Source: Candidatus Falkowbacteria bacterium RIFOXYA2_FULL_47_19 (GTDB lineage: Bacteria > Patescibacteriota > Patescibacteriia > Patescibacteriales > UBA12075). Taken from it: a stretch of DNA of 64,000 nt. How positions within the stretch are numbered: the stretch's first letter is position 1; each line of letters begins with the position of its first letter. The notes under the pieces were generated by a model. The model did no database searches. It saw only the letters and a program-made list of their open reading frames with translations, and was not told where the DNA came from. The position numbers were made by a program, and so were the translations under genes. The DNA lies in contig MFGB01000006.1 in NCBI GenBank assembly GCA_001780275.1, forward strand, positions 1,756-65,755, read 5' to 3'. Of the stretch, positions 29,001-37,994 are shown one piece after another.

Positions 29001-29124
29001 CCATTTCTTTCATCATGATGTCGCGCTGTTTTTTTTCGAACTTTCCTTCAGGACTGTCTTCATCGACCGGGCGCCCCTGGGAAGAACTGATTAGATCTTC
29101 GATTGATGGTATGTCATCGGCCAT
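26080..29124 (-). CDS. Tandem-duplicated PilB/GspE-type secretion ATPase (N-terminal T2SSE_N domain plus two complete N2-ATPase units in one chain)
   Basis: 1014 aa. Two Walker A motifs GPTGSGKTTTLY have codons near 28143-28172 and 26815-26845. There are two Walker B motifs (DIVMVGEIRD, NVIMIGEIRD), two His boxes (TGHLVLST(L/I)H) and two tetracysteine clusters (CDHC..C.EC and CQNC..CEQC). Confidence 0.85.
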   Translation of the reverse strand: MADDIPSIEDLISSSQGRPVDEDSPEGKFEKKQRDIMMKEMERLTNQKAAQAGIPYVNLFGFPISPDALSLIDIEDATRLKTVCFFYDGEKIRIATTEPENPGVGELLDELDRKYFCQGKIYLISERSLAYGLDLYRILPKLIPAFKGVEIGEEDLKKFDADIKDYRSLNEKINKVNISDVVTLVLATALKTQASDVHIEAEENGIAVRLRIDGVLQNAAEIAKEKWKKIVSRMKLLAGVKINIADKPQDGRYTILLSKEKVEVRTSFLPTSNGESVVMRLLRSGEIKVPFDHLGIPFSAFQVLEREIKKPNGLILTTGPTGSGKTTTLYAILNVLNKPGTKIVTLEDPIEYHLEGINQSQVDEKKKYTFSNGLRSILRQDPDIVMVGEIRDLETAEIAVQASLTGHLVLSTLHTNDAAGVIPRLIDIGIKPYFLMPSINAVIGQRLVRKLCDHCKIKHELDVSERERVKKILAVISPRAGVSIPNKFPTLYKPGPGCKECKGISYKGRIGIFEIFTMTDDIKQLTLDNQPAFKILQQAIENGMITMLQDGILKCLSGVTSLEEIYRVIGKFDYVDALYDIVISQTIGRGIEITDEEMGWGEEAAKNLSDINARINDVPNRQMIAVIMAAGIKSSAGDIHIEPTEAGVKIRFRIDGILHEVAALPEEYHLQLISKVKVLAGFPTNVKRATWDGRFSIQLGSKTREKLDCRVSIISGGYGETVVIRLLTSQASALKMDDLGMRPYALKPVLRSMGKTKGIIITTGPTGSGKTTTLYSILNHLNNPDIKVITVEDPIEYHMEGIMQTQVDVEKGYSFAAALKSLLRQNPNVIMIGEIRDEETARIAIESAMTGHLVLSTIHANSAAGAFPRFVGLGIDRQMLANSVECSIGQRLARRICQNCKEETDLSPDTLKEVKSVLDSISPVTGVKIPSVFKFYKGRGCEQCGGIGYKGRIGLYEIIEMTPEMQKLVQGREVTDYEIEQTALKSGAMLMVQDGILKALEGETTVEEVFRVAR

Positions 29125-29222
29125 ATTTAGCGGTTAGCTGTTAGCTTATAGCTTTTAGGATCATAAAAACTAAACCCTATAAGCTAAAAGCTATAAGCTA
29201 AAACCCAGATTTGAACTGATAA
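29125..29222. repeat. Word-palindrome spacer (gcttatagcttttag / ctaaaagctataagc)
   Basis: Read directly. It begins with tttagcggttagc, related to gttagcggttagg at about 26007 on the other side of the ATPase gene. Confidence 0.65.
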
Positions 29223-30185
29223 CTATTTTCCGAATAGCCTCAAGATCTTGCTTTCCCCTCCCCGGCTGATAAGATCCAAAAATAAACCGGTCCAGGCTGA
29301 TATCTGGAAAGTGGCCAATATCGCGCCGCTCGCTATAATAACGAACAAAAGCAATATCAGGCCCGCCGCCACGATGAGCCATAAATTAAAAATAAGGGCA
29401 AATCTGGATAAAACGATCACTACGAACAAAAAGGGAATGGACAGGATCAAAAACAGCAGCAAGAGTCCTAACGCAAAAAGGAAGGTAATGAAAAATAACA
29501 TAAAGGCCATCTCCAGGCTGATGAGCCAGTTTTTCAGAAAAAGCCGCCAGCTTAAACGCAGGGAATCCAAAAACTTTTCATTTTTTATTACAATATAACA
29601 TATCGCGTATTTGGTAATAAAAGACAAAATAACCGCCAAAGGAATAAACACCATAAAGGCCGCTATCTGGTATGCGGCGGATAGCATGTCCTCTGCGCCG
29701 TCGAGAAGATATAAACCGAATAAGCTGAAAATACCGTAAATAACGATTTTAAGCAATAGATTAAGACCGACGACCGGCCAAAACTTGCTGATTCCGGAAT
29801 GAAGCCCGTTCGAGAAATCATGCTTTTTACCCGTGATGATCCTGGTCGTGTTGTTCACTAGCGCGGACTGTGAAATTATCGTCAGCCAAAATAGGAATAA
29901 GCTTAAAGCCAGGATGATCAAAAGAACCAGCAAAGACATAAACAGCGACAAATAATTATTACTGGATATTTGGCTTAAATTAGAAAATAATTTCCCGTTT
30001 AAAAAAATACCGCTAAGTATTTGAAGGCCGTACGGCAGACCCTGATCACTGTTAGTCCCCCGAAAAACGATTTCAAGATCTCCCCAGCCTCCTAGCAGGG
30101 CCGCAAAAAGGCCGAAAAACCATAAATACTTATGACGCCAGGTATTTTTCCAGGCCTGGCTAAGGATGTCGCGGTATAAAAACAT
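29223..30185 (-). CDS. Hypothetical polytopic membrane protein
   Basis: 320 aa with about 7 hydrophobic segments and no recognisable motif. Confidence 0.5.
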   Translation of the reverse strand: MFLYRDILSQAWKNTWRHKYLWFFGLFAALLGGWGDLEIVFRGTNSDQGLPYGLQILSGIFLNGKLFSNLSQISSNNYLSLFMSLLVLLIILALSLFLFWLTIISQSALVNNTTRIITGKKHDFSNGLHSGISKFWPVVGLNLLLKIVIYGIFSLFGLYLLDGAEDMLSAAYQIAAFMVFIPLAVILSFITKYAICYIVIKNEKFLDSLRLSWRLFLKNWLISLEMAFMLFFITFLFALGLLLLFLILSIPFLFVVIVLSRFALIFNLWLIVAAGLILLLFVIIASGAILATFQISAWTGLFLDLISRGGESKILRLFGK

Positions 30186-30300
30186 AAAAAACTTCCTTTA
30201 TAACAGCCGTCTTTGAAGATGACGACTATGATAAATAATAAATTACTAAGCTTTTATATTATAACATATTCAGTTATCGAACACAAAACCGGCTGATACA

Positions 30301-30329
30301 AAAACCATCCCGGATTTCGGGATGGTTTT
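30301..30329. terminator. Bidirectional hairpin terminator
   Basis: 12-bp stem aaaaccatcccg/cgggatggtttt with a 5-nt loop. Confidence 0.6.
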
Positions 30330-30346
30330 GTGGGGAGTATATATTA

Positions 30347-31378
30347 TTATTTATTCCATATATATCGGACGAACCGCCAGCCGTACTTAGCCGCCAGGAT
30401 CAACAGGAAGATGTAAAGTGCGTACTGGATAACGAGGAGAATTGCGGCTAAAAGACCGATGCTCATCGTCTGCAGGGTTATATTTACATCCCTTACGAAT
30501 TCCTTGACCGCCGCTTTCCAGGAATCTTTGATATTTTCACCGTCCACGAATTTATTCTCGTAAACGCTCAGATAAAAATAAGTATAGTCGAGCCGATCAA
30601 GCTGCTCGGCCTTTGCCCGAGACAATCGATCAAGCTGTTCATTGACGCTGATCCTGTCCTGCGACAGACGCTCAATGATCCTGATCTTGGAATCTATGAT
30701 CTTTGCCAGGCTTTCCGCGTCCCGGGCCTGGGTGGCTACCCTGGCGATCTCGTCATAGGAAGCGATCGCGTCGGAGAGCGTCCTTTCGATCGACTCTTTC
30801 TTCTTCGTGAGTATCTCGGTCTCACTGGTGAAGTCATCGATCTGACGCTTGATGGTATTAGTGTTCTCGACCAGGGTTTTCGGATCAAGTCCCTTGACCG
30901 TTTCCAGTATCTCGTCTTTATGCGAACGCTCCACCTTAAAATTATAATTGCAGCCGCGATCATATTCATTGGCGCTCTCAAAGATCACGTAATCCTTGGT
31001 CTTAAGGGCGGCCAGTGCCCCACAGGTCCCGTCCAGGTCGCGAGTCTCGATGGTTCCGCTATACTGGGTAACCTCATAATCCTCCGATCTATCGCCGGTT
31101 ACGGTCTCTTCATACGGAGGCATGGGCGCAATATTGCGGGCCGATAATTCCGGTGCGGCGGCGCCGAAGGATGCCTTGCTCCCGTCAGAATCATAGGCCA
31201 ACATGTTAAAGCCACCCGCGCTTTCTTCGAGGCCTTGCCGCGTTACCGATCCGAAAGAGGAGCCGATCACCCGAAAAACGAGAGTAAGCAATATGATTCC
31301 CAAAAGAGCCGCCAGTACCAGACCGGCTACTTTAAAAATAATGGCCGGCTTAAGATTGAGTTTGTTTAAAAATTCCAT
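30347..31378 (-). CDS. Membrane-anchored coiled-coil protein, DUF4349-like
   Basis: An N-terminal TM segment, a central coiled coil and a C-terminal TM pair match the general DUF4349 architecture as I recall it. Confidence 0.45.
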   Translation of the reverse strand: MEFLNKLNLKPAIIFKVAGLVLAALLGIILLTLVFRVIGSSFGSVTRQGLEESAGGFNMLAYDSDGSKASFGAAAPELSARNIAPMPPYEETVTGDRSEDYEVTQYSGTIETRDLDGTCGALAALKTKDYVIFESANEYDRGCNYNFKVERSHKDEILETVKGLDPKTLVENTNTIKRQIDDFTSETEILTKKKESIERTLSDAIASYDEIARVATQARDAESLAKIIDSKIRIIERLSQDRISVNEQLDRLSRAKAEQLDRLDYTYFYLSVYENKFVDGENIKDSWKAAVKEFVRDVNITLQTMSIGLLAAILLVIQYALYIFLLILAAKYGWRFVRYIWNK

Positions 31379-31617
31379 AATTTTTTTACATATATAATTA
31401 TAAATAAATATACGATAGCGGCGGCAGGAAAGTAACGCCTCTTTATTAAATTATAACAAAAAACCTTCCATTAGGCGAGTTCTTGCTAATTGCGGTGATT
31501 TATTGTAAGATTTAACCGGTTTTAAAAACAAAATAATCGCGTTTTCGTTTACTAAAAAATCTGCTACAATTAGGAATATTCTATCCTTTATTCAAAATTT
31601 TATAACTTTTTACCAGC

Positions 31618-32799
31618 ATGATCGATCTAAAACTAGAAGCAAACCGGGTCGGGCCGGTCAGAGCCCGACACCCCTGGGTGTTTTCCCGGGCCCTAACCAG
31701 GATTCCCGACGGGATCGGATCCGGCGAACCGGTCCGGCTTTTTGACGGGCAAGGGGAATTTTTAGCGAGCGGATACTTTAATTCCTACTCCCAAATCGCC
31801 GTCCGGATCTGGGGATATGACAAAAACGAAAAAGTCAACCGCGATTTTTTCCGCCGCCGGATCGACCGCGCCCTTGCCTGGCGCGAGCAGTATCTCGACA
31901 GGGAAAAAACCGACGCCTACCGGCTTATAAACGGGGAAAACGATTCCTTGCCTGGTTTAGTGATCGACCGTTACGGTCCCTATCTGGCCGTGCAGTTCCA
32001 TACGGCCGGAATGGAGCGCTGGCGCAAAGAAATAACCGAAGCGCTCGTAGCCGCCTTAAAACCGATCGGAATATATGAACGCTCAGATCTTAAAGTGAGA
32101 TCACTGGAAAACGAAACCCCTAAAACAGGAATTATTTACGGAAAGATCCCCGATTTGATCGATATCCGTGAAAACGGCTTCCGCTTTTCGGTAAACATTA
32201 AAGAAGGCCAAAAAACAGGGTTTTTCCTGGATCAGAGGGACAAGCGCGCCGCTCTGTCTAAATATTGCCGTGGACGGGAAATACTTAATTGCTTTTCTTA
32301 TACAGGGGGGTTCTCGGTTTACGCGCTCGCCGCCGGAGCAAAGAGAGTGGTAAACGTTGACTTGTCGGAAGCCGCCCTGGAGATCGCGAAACGGAACATG
32401 GCATTAAACGGTCTTGATACCAAGCGCGCGGAATTTATCCGCGCCGACGTCAAAGACTATCTCGCCCGCCTTGAACCCGGAAAATTTCCGCTTATTATTC
32501 TCGATCCGCCGGCTTTCATAAAAGACCGGCGAAAAATAAAAGAAGGCATGAACGGCTATAGAAGGATCAATACCCTGGCGCTGGAAAAAATCTCTCTGCC
32601 CGGAATACTTCTGACCTGTTCCTGCTCCACGCATCTTAAGCGCGATGATTTCCGCTTTCTTCTCGGCGAGGCGGGCTCCCGGGCGGGCCGGACCTTAAGA
32701 ATCATCGAATCTTATACGCACGGCCTGGATCATCCGGAATTAGTGCCGTTTACGGAGGGTGAATACCTAAAGGTTTTCTTCCTGGCCGTAGATAAATAA
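31618..32799 (+). CDS. Class I SAM-dependent rRNA (cytosine-C5) methyltransferase, RlmI-like (PUA plus MTase)
   Basis: N-terminal RHPWVFSRAL. Other motifs: GLVIDRYG..L..Q, GQKTGFFLDQR, NCFSYTGGFS and ILDPPAF. Confidence 0.85.
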   Translation: MIDLKLEANRVGPVRARHPWVFSRALTRIPDGIGSGEPVRLFDGQGEFLASGYFNSYSQIAVRIWGYDKNEKVNRDFFRRRIDRALAWREQYLDREKTDAYRLINGENDSLPGLVIDRYGPYLAVQFHTAGMERWRKEITEALVAALKPIGIYERSDLKVRSLENETPKTGIIYGKIPDLIDIRENGFRFSVNIKEGQKTGFFLDQRDKRAALSKYCRGREILNCFSYTGGFSVYALAAGAKRVVNVDLSEAALEIAKRNMALNGLDTKRAEFIRADVKDYLARLEPGKFPLIILDPPAFIKDRRKIKEGMNGYRRINTLALEKISLPGILLTCSCSTHLKRDDFRFLLGEAGSRAGRTLRIIESYTHGLDHPELVPFTEGEYLKVFFLAVDK

Positions 32800-32880
32800 A
32801 ATAAACAGACGCGTTTAGGCGATATTTTCAGGTTTGTTAGTTAAAATTCCAAAGTCGACCATTACGATCTTAGAAAAACA

Positions 32881-32943
32881 AAAAAACAGACGACAGAAAA
32901 TAGAATGCGGATATTGAATATTCCGGCTGTCGTCTGTTTTTTT
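32881..32943. terminator. Bidirectional terminator between convergent genes
   Basis: Stem acagacgacag/ctgtcgtctgt, flanked by an A run upstream and a T run downstream. Confidence 0.75.
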
Positions 32944-33012
32944 GTTGTCTAAATAATTATTTATGCGCGGAATAATCATTGAACAATCCGCAGCCCTAAA
33001 ATCATAAAAAAA

Positions 33013-36000
33013 TTACTGTTTTTTAGCGTTAAGCGGCAAATAAACGTAAAAGGTCGTGCCCGCATTTTCTTTTGATTCGAACCAAATACGGCCGCCCAAT
33101 TCTTCGGTGAAAAGTTTGGCGATATATAAACCCAGTCCGGAGCTTTCTCCTTCGGTCCGGAGCATTTCATGGGCTTTATATAATTTTGTGAATACTTTCG
33201 GCTGCATCTCGGCCGGAATACCCGGACCGGTATCGGTTATGCCGATAACCACTCCGGAATCTTTAGCGGCGGCCGAAACGATGATCCGGCCTTTTTCGGG
33301 CGTATATTTAATGGCATTGGATATGAGATTCGAGAGGATGTTGCGGAAAATATTAGGATCGACCGTCATGGTGCCGGGAATATCATCGGCGTATTCCGCG
33401 ATGATACGCTGACTCTTCTTGGCGGCTAGTATACCGAGATTGCCGGCAACCTCCTTAAGAAATGGCCGGAGCTCGATATCTTTTGGATTATCCGTAAAGG
33501 TTCCCATTTCTATCCGAGAGATGTTTAAGAGTCGGTTGACCAGATCGGTCATGAAGCCGATATCTTTATAAGCACTTTTTAAATAATCAAGGCCATCCCC
33601 GTCGATTTTACCCTTAGAGCTTTTAAGCAGCAATTCCAGCGCGAAACCGGCGCTCGTTAACGGGGTGCGAAGCTGATGGGACGCCATGGACACGAATTCC
33701 GTTTTGGCTCGGTCGAATTTTTTAAGGTCGCTTATGTCGCGGGAAACGCCGTATACGGCTTCTACCTCCCCCTTTTTATTTCTGACCGGGGTCATGGTCT
33801 CAAGACAAACATCCCGATTCGCGCCCTCCGGGGTGTGTTCGATCTCGATCGTACTGGTTTCTCCCGCTAAGGCTTTTTCGAATGTTTTCCTGAATTTTCC
33901 CCGGTCTTTTTCGACCATGCATCCGAAATAATCCCAATCCGTCGCTTCTTCAATGCTTTTAAGGCCATGTTCTTCCAGGCCGGCTTTATTTATGTAAAGA
34001 AGCCTGCCCTCGGGATCGAAAAGCTTGATGCAGTCCGGAGAGGTTTCGGCCAAGGCTTTATATTTTTCCTCGCTTTGACGCAAAGCCTCCTGAATGCGCT
34101 TGCGCTCGGTAATATCCTGAGTCGTGCCGAAACCGCCCAAAAGCTCGCCTGCGGGATCGAATTCCAACTCGGCCTTTTCCCGGACCCACCTAATCTCGTT
34201 CCCGGAAACAATCCGATGCTCGACATCATAAGGAGCGCCCGCCAGGGCCGCCGTCCATTTTTCATCGACATATTTCCGGTCCGCCGGATGGACGGAGGCC
34301 AGAAAAGTTTCATAGGCCATGGGTTCGCCCGGCGGCACGCCGAAAATCCGATGATTCTCTTCCGACCAGACTAACTCGTTCTTTTTTGTATCAAGCCGCC
34401 AGCTGCCGATATGAGCCACCGCTTGAGCCCGGTTCAGGTCGCGCTGATTCTCTTTAAGCGCCATTTCCGCGGCTTTACGCCCCGTGATGTCGTTCATGGC
34501 CATGATCACCTGCCGCCGCCTGCCGGACACTACCGGATCGGCGTTCAATTCGAACCAAAAGTGCGCGGCCTTTCCGTTAATGACCAGGGTCGCTTCAACT
34601 TCGATGCCATGAACCGGCTCTCCGGTAGAAAGCGCCGATTCGAAGGTACGGCGCAGCGGACAATCCCGGCAAAATTCCATTTGTCCGCAAAGCGCGCCTT
34701 TTTTGCCGGCGGCATGAATACACCCAAGGGCGTTCCCGGGCCGGATTCCGGTTATAGCCGATCCTTTTTTATTGACCCATTCCAGTATCGTATCGTTGGC
34801 GCGGTCGATCGTGCTGTCTTCGTTCAACAGAAGCAAACCGACGTTAACGCCGTTAAAAATCGCTTTAAGATTGGTTTGCTCGATCGCTAATTTCCGTTCG
34901 GTTTTTTTAAGTTCCGTGATATCGCTGCCGTACAGATTTACGTGATTTTCGGCGGTATTCGGAGATAGAGAAAACAGGAATATTCTCCCCCGGCGATCCG
35001 TGAATTCGAAATTATTTTTTACATTCAGGTTTATGGTTCTGTCTACGGTCGCGCGCAAAGCCGCCGGCAACGCGCCGGTGCCGCCATCCTCTCCGGAAAT
35101 ACCAAGCATCTCCCGGCCCGGCTTGTTCGCATAAAGCACCTGTCCGTCGCCGGAGGCGCGTATGACCGGATTGGGATTATCCTCCGGAAACCGCGCCAGA
35201 TTACGCATTTCAGCTTCAATGCGTTTTTTTTCCGTAATATCTATAGACAACACGAATATGCCCTCTTCTGCCGGCTGAACGCTTAATTTAAACCAACCGC
35301 TATTGCCGCCGGGATAAACAAATTCATTTTCCAACGCTACCGGCTTCCTTTGCTCCATGCACTGACGCAAAACGGCGAATAACGCGGTCTTCTCGATGTC
35401 CGGATACGCCTCCATCATGGTCCTGCCGATCAAATCTTCTTTAACGGCGCGGCCGTGCAGAGCGGCCGTATTGTTGACATACAGATAACGCCAGTCAAAA
35501 CCTATGATCTGGCAGCCTTCCAGCATATTATCGAGCGTCCCCCGAAAACGCTCCTCGCTTTTTCGAAAAGCCCCTTCACTGGCCTTGAGCTTATTGAATA
35601 TTATGCTCTGCGGATCCCGCAAGCCGGTTATGACTATCGACCGGTAAATAAGATAAAAGGATATGATCTTGAAATAATGACCCAGCGCGTTGAATAAGCC
35701 GTACGGATCCTGGTAGAGAGTAAAGGACAGTTCTGATAAAACGGTAAACGACATGGAAGCTATAAGCAGACTAAAAACATTTTTTTGAAAATAACCGCGT
35801 TTTGCGGCGGTAAACATGATCGCCGCTGATAAAATAAAAGATATTACGTATTCACTTACGACCTTAAACGGCGTCAAGCCTGATCCGGTTATAAAAGCAT
35901 CAGGAAAATAAGAAGAAAAAATAGCGGCCGAAATCAAGATGAAAATGGCGCTAAAACCGGCAAAGGTCTTGCCTATGGAAATTTTCCCGGAAAGGAAAAG

Positions 36001-36417
36001 GGGCGCAGCCAGAAGCGCCAAAGCCTCCAGATAACGCGCCGCTATCCAAAGCTGGGTGGGGGTGTTGGAGTTAAAACCTTTGAATATGTTCATGCCGGAA
36101 TAAGATGAGGCGTGCAGAAGGTCAAGGCCGGCAATAAACAGATAGGCGATCCCCAACCAAACAAAATAGTGGTTATCGGCGTAACGCCTCGAGTGCCAAG
36201 CCAACACAAAGACCATACAGGCGATAATAACGCTGAAGATCTCCGCCATAAAATGGAACAAAAGATAGTTATAACGGCTGACGGAATAAAATACCGCTAA
36301 AATCAGGATTACGGAGAAAAACCATGGCAGGTTAAACTTTGTCTTGGCTTTTTCTTCCCCCATCCTGGTCCAATCTGCCAGAAAACCAAAATATTTGATC
36401 GAGTTAATTTTCTGCAT
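33013..36417 (-). CDS. Sensor histidine kinase: MASE3-like membrane domain, about five PAS domains, HisKA and HATPase_c
   Basis: The N-terminus has about 7 TM segments (NYLLFHFMAEIFSVIIA). PAS-like units recur. The H-box is SMASHQLRTPL, followed by N, G1 and G2 boxes (NLISNAIKYT, DTGPGI, GLGLYI). No response regulator gene is adjacent. Confidence 0.85.
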   Translation of the reverse strand: MQKINSIKYFGFLADWTRMGEEKAKTKFNLPWFFSVILILAVFYSVSRYNYLLFHFMAEIFSVIIACMVFVLAWHSRRYADNHYFVWLGIAYLFIAGLDLLHASSYSGMNIFKGFNSNTPTQLWIAARYLEALALLAAPLFLSGKISIGKTFAGFSAIFILISAAIFSSYFPDAFITGSGLTPFKVVSEYVISFILSAAIMFTAAKRGYFQKNVFSLLIASMSFTVLSELSFTLYQDPYGLFNALGHYFKIISFYLIYRSIVITGLRDPQSIIFNKLKASEGAFRKSEERFRGTLDNMLEGCQIIGFDWRYLYVNNTAALHGRAVKEDLIGRTMMEAYPDIEKTALFAVLRQCMEQRKPVALENEFVYPGGNSGWFKLSVQPAEEGIFVLSIDITEKKRIEAEMRNLARFPEDNPNPVIRASGDGQVLYANKPGREMLGISGEDGGTGALPAALRATVDRTINLNVKNNFEFTDRRGRIFLFSLSPNTAENHVNLYGSDITELKKTERKLAIEQTNLKAIFNGVNVGLLLLNEDSTIDRANDTILEWVNKKGSAITGIRPGNALGCIHAAGKKGALCGQMEFCRDCPLRRTFESALSTGEPVHGIEVEATLVINGKAAHFWFELNADPVVSGRRRQVIMAMNDITGRKAAEMALKENQRDLNRAQAVAHIGSWRLDTKKNELVWSEENHRIFGVPPGEPMAYETFLASVHPADRKYVDEKWTAALAGAPYDVEHRIVSGNEIRWVREKAELEFDPAGELLGGFGTTQDITERKRIQEALRQSEEKYKALAETSPDCIKLFDPEGRLLYINKAGLEEHGLKSIEEATDWDYFGCMVEKDRGKFRKTFEKALAGETSTIEIEHTPEGANRDVCLETMTPVRNKKGEVEAVYGVSRDISDLKKFDRAKTEFVSMASHQLRTPLTSAGFALELLLKSSKGKIDGDGLDYLKSAYKDIGFMTDLVNRLLNISRIEMGTFTDNPKDIELRPFLKEVAGNLGILAAKKSQRIIAEYADDIPGTMTVDPNIFRNILSNLISNAIKYTPEKGRIIVSAAAKDSGVVIGITDTGPGIPAEMQPKVFTKLYKAHEMLRTEGESSGLGLYIAKLFTEELGGRIWFESKENAGTTFYVYLPLNAKKQ

Positions 36418-36639
36418 AATTTAATCTGATATTATGTATTTACCGCTAAAAATAAGATTAGGAAGATTCATTATCTTAATGAATGAAAATTAAGTTTTCA
36501 TTAAATCCCAATTTTTACACGAATATTTAATTATATCACAATTTAATATCTTTGTCAAGTATTTTAAATTTTAATATTATACATTTTCCTGTTTTTTGCT
36601 ATACTTATTTTATAACGTTAAAAATTAAATAATAAACTT

Positions 36640-37407
36640 ATGGGATTTGTCTATCTCTTGTTGATTTTAGGCTTCTTGCTTTTATTGGCCGGACTAAGAG
36701 TGATCGACCAATATGAGCGGGCCGTAGTTCTCACTCTGGGAAAATATACTTCTACCAGAGAACCCGGGCTTACCTGGATATTCATAGGAGTCCAGCGTAT
36801 CCTCAAAGTTGATATGCGCATCGATACCGTCGATATTCCCCAGCAGGAAGTGATCACTAAAGACAATGTCACGGTCGGCATAAACGCCGTGGTTTATTTC
36901 CGGGTCATGAATTCGGAAAAGGCGGTATTGGAGATCCAGGACTTTAAGCATTCGGTCGCGCTCTATGCCCAGGCGACCCTCCGGGACGTCATCGGCGAAG
37001 TCGAGCTTGATACCCTTCTCTCTCAAAGGGATAAGATCGCCGGCGATATAAAGAAAGTGGTGGACGTCGCTACCGATCCGTGGGGTATCGACGTACAGTA
37101 CATAAAAATGCAGGATATCGAACTGCCGGCGGACATGAAACGGGTTATGGCCAAGCAGGCGGAAGCGGAACGCATGCGCCGCGCGATAATCATCCAGGCG
37201 GAAGGCGAATACACCGCCGCCGACAAACTCTCTCAGGCGGCCGAGCTTCTCTCCGGCAAACCGGGCGGTATGTCCATGCGCACCCTCCAAACCATCGAGA
37301 AGATCAACCCGGATCCGTCAAAAACCGTCCTCTTCGCCCTGCCGATCGAATTCATGGAGGGCATGAAAACGATCGCGAACTTTATGGCGGATAAGGCAAA
37401 AAAATAA
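36640..37407 (+). CDS. SPFH/band-7 (stomatin-like) protein
   Basis: N-terminal TM segment followed by YERAVVLTLGKY ... P.Q.VITKDNV.V.I.AVVY.RV ... R.VIGE..LD..LS.R. Confidence 0.85.
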   Translation: MGFVYLLLILGFLLLLAGLRVIDQYERAVVLTLGKYTSTREPGLTWIFIGVQRILKVDMRIDTVDIPQQEVITKDNVTVGINAVVYFRVMNSEKAVLEIQDFKHSVALYAQATLRDVIGEVELDTLLSQRDKIAGDIKKVVDVATDPWGIDVQYIKMQDIELPADMKRVMAKQAEAERMRRAIIIQAEGEYTAADKLSQAAELLSGKPGGMSMRTLQTIEKINPDPSKTVLFALPIEFMEGMKTIANFMADKAKK

Positions 37408-37423
37408 AATTCCGATATAATTT

Positions 37424-37450
37424 AAAAACTCCGGTTATTCCGGAGTTTTT
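37424..37450. terminator. Bidirectional terminator
   Basis: aaaaactccgg-ttatt-ccggagttttt. Confidence 0.8.
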
Positions 37451-37487
37451 AGATATTTAAATTTATAAAAATCAGGAGATGCGCACA

Positions 37488-37994
37488 TTAAAATTTTATA
37501 ATGGTTTTTTCGATAAACCCCTTCTTAAACTTTTTATACTTCCCGCCGTCCCCGCCGGCGAATTTAACGGCCTCCTTTTTTATCGCGGCATATTCTTTAA
37601 TAAGCTCCGGATGTTTTAACAAATAATCCCGAAAACCCACCATTTCTTTCCAACCCCGGCCCGGGAATTTTACTAAATGGATGTGGATTCTTCTTGTACC
37701 GCCTTTACGAGTATAATCCCGCCAAAAAAACAATCTTTCGGGATAGCTGGCTTCTTCACAGAATTCATAACCGGCCTCTTCGAGTTTATTTTTAGCCGTT
37801 TTAAAATTCGACGCTCCGACCACGATATCTATTATTCCTTTTCCGCCCAAACCAGGAACAGCGGTCGATCCTACGTGCTCGATCCTGGCCGCAGGGTTCA
37901 GTATCCCGGTCAGTTTCTCCTTTTCCGACATGAAAAAAGCCGGATATGCCGGGTTGTATTTCCTGAAAACATATTTTTTCATTTCAGCTGTCAT
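37488..37994 (-). CDS. GrpB-family protein
   Basis: Contains HVGSTAVPGLGGKGIIDI and IHIHLV motifs. Its ATG overlaps the stop of the upstream gene (ATGA). Confidence 0.75.
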   Translation of the reverse strand: MTAEMKKYVFRKYNPAYPAFFMSEKEKLTGILNPAARIEHVGSTAVPGLGGKGIIDIVVGASNFKTAKNKLEEAGYEFCEEASYPERLFFWRDYTRKGGTRRIHIHLVKFPGRGWKEMVGFRDYLLKHPELIKEYAAIKKEAVKFAGGDGGKYKKFKKGFIEKTIIKF

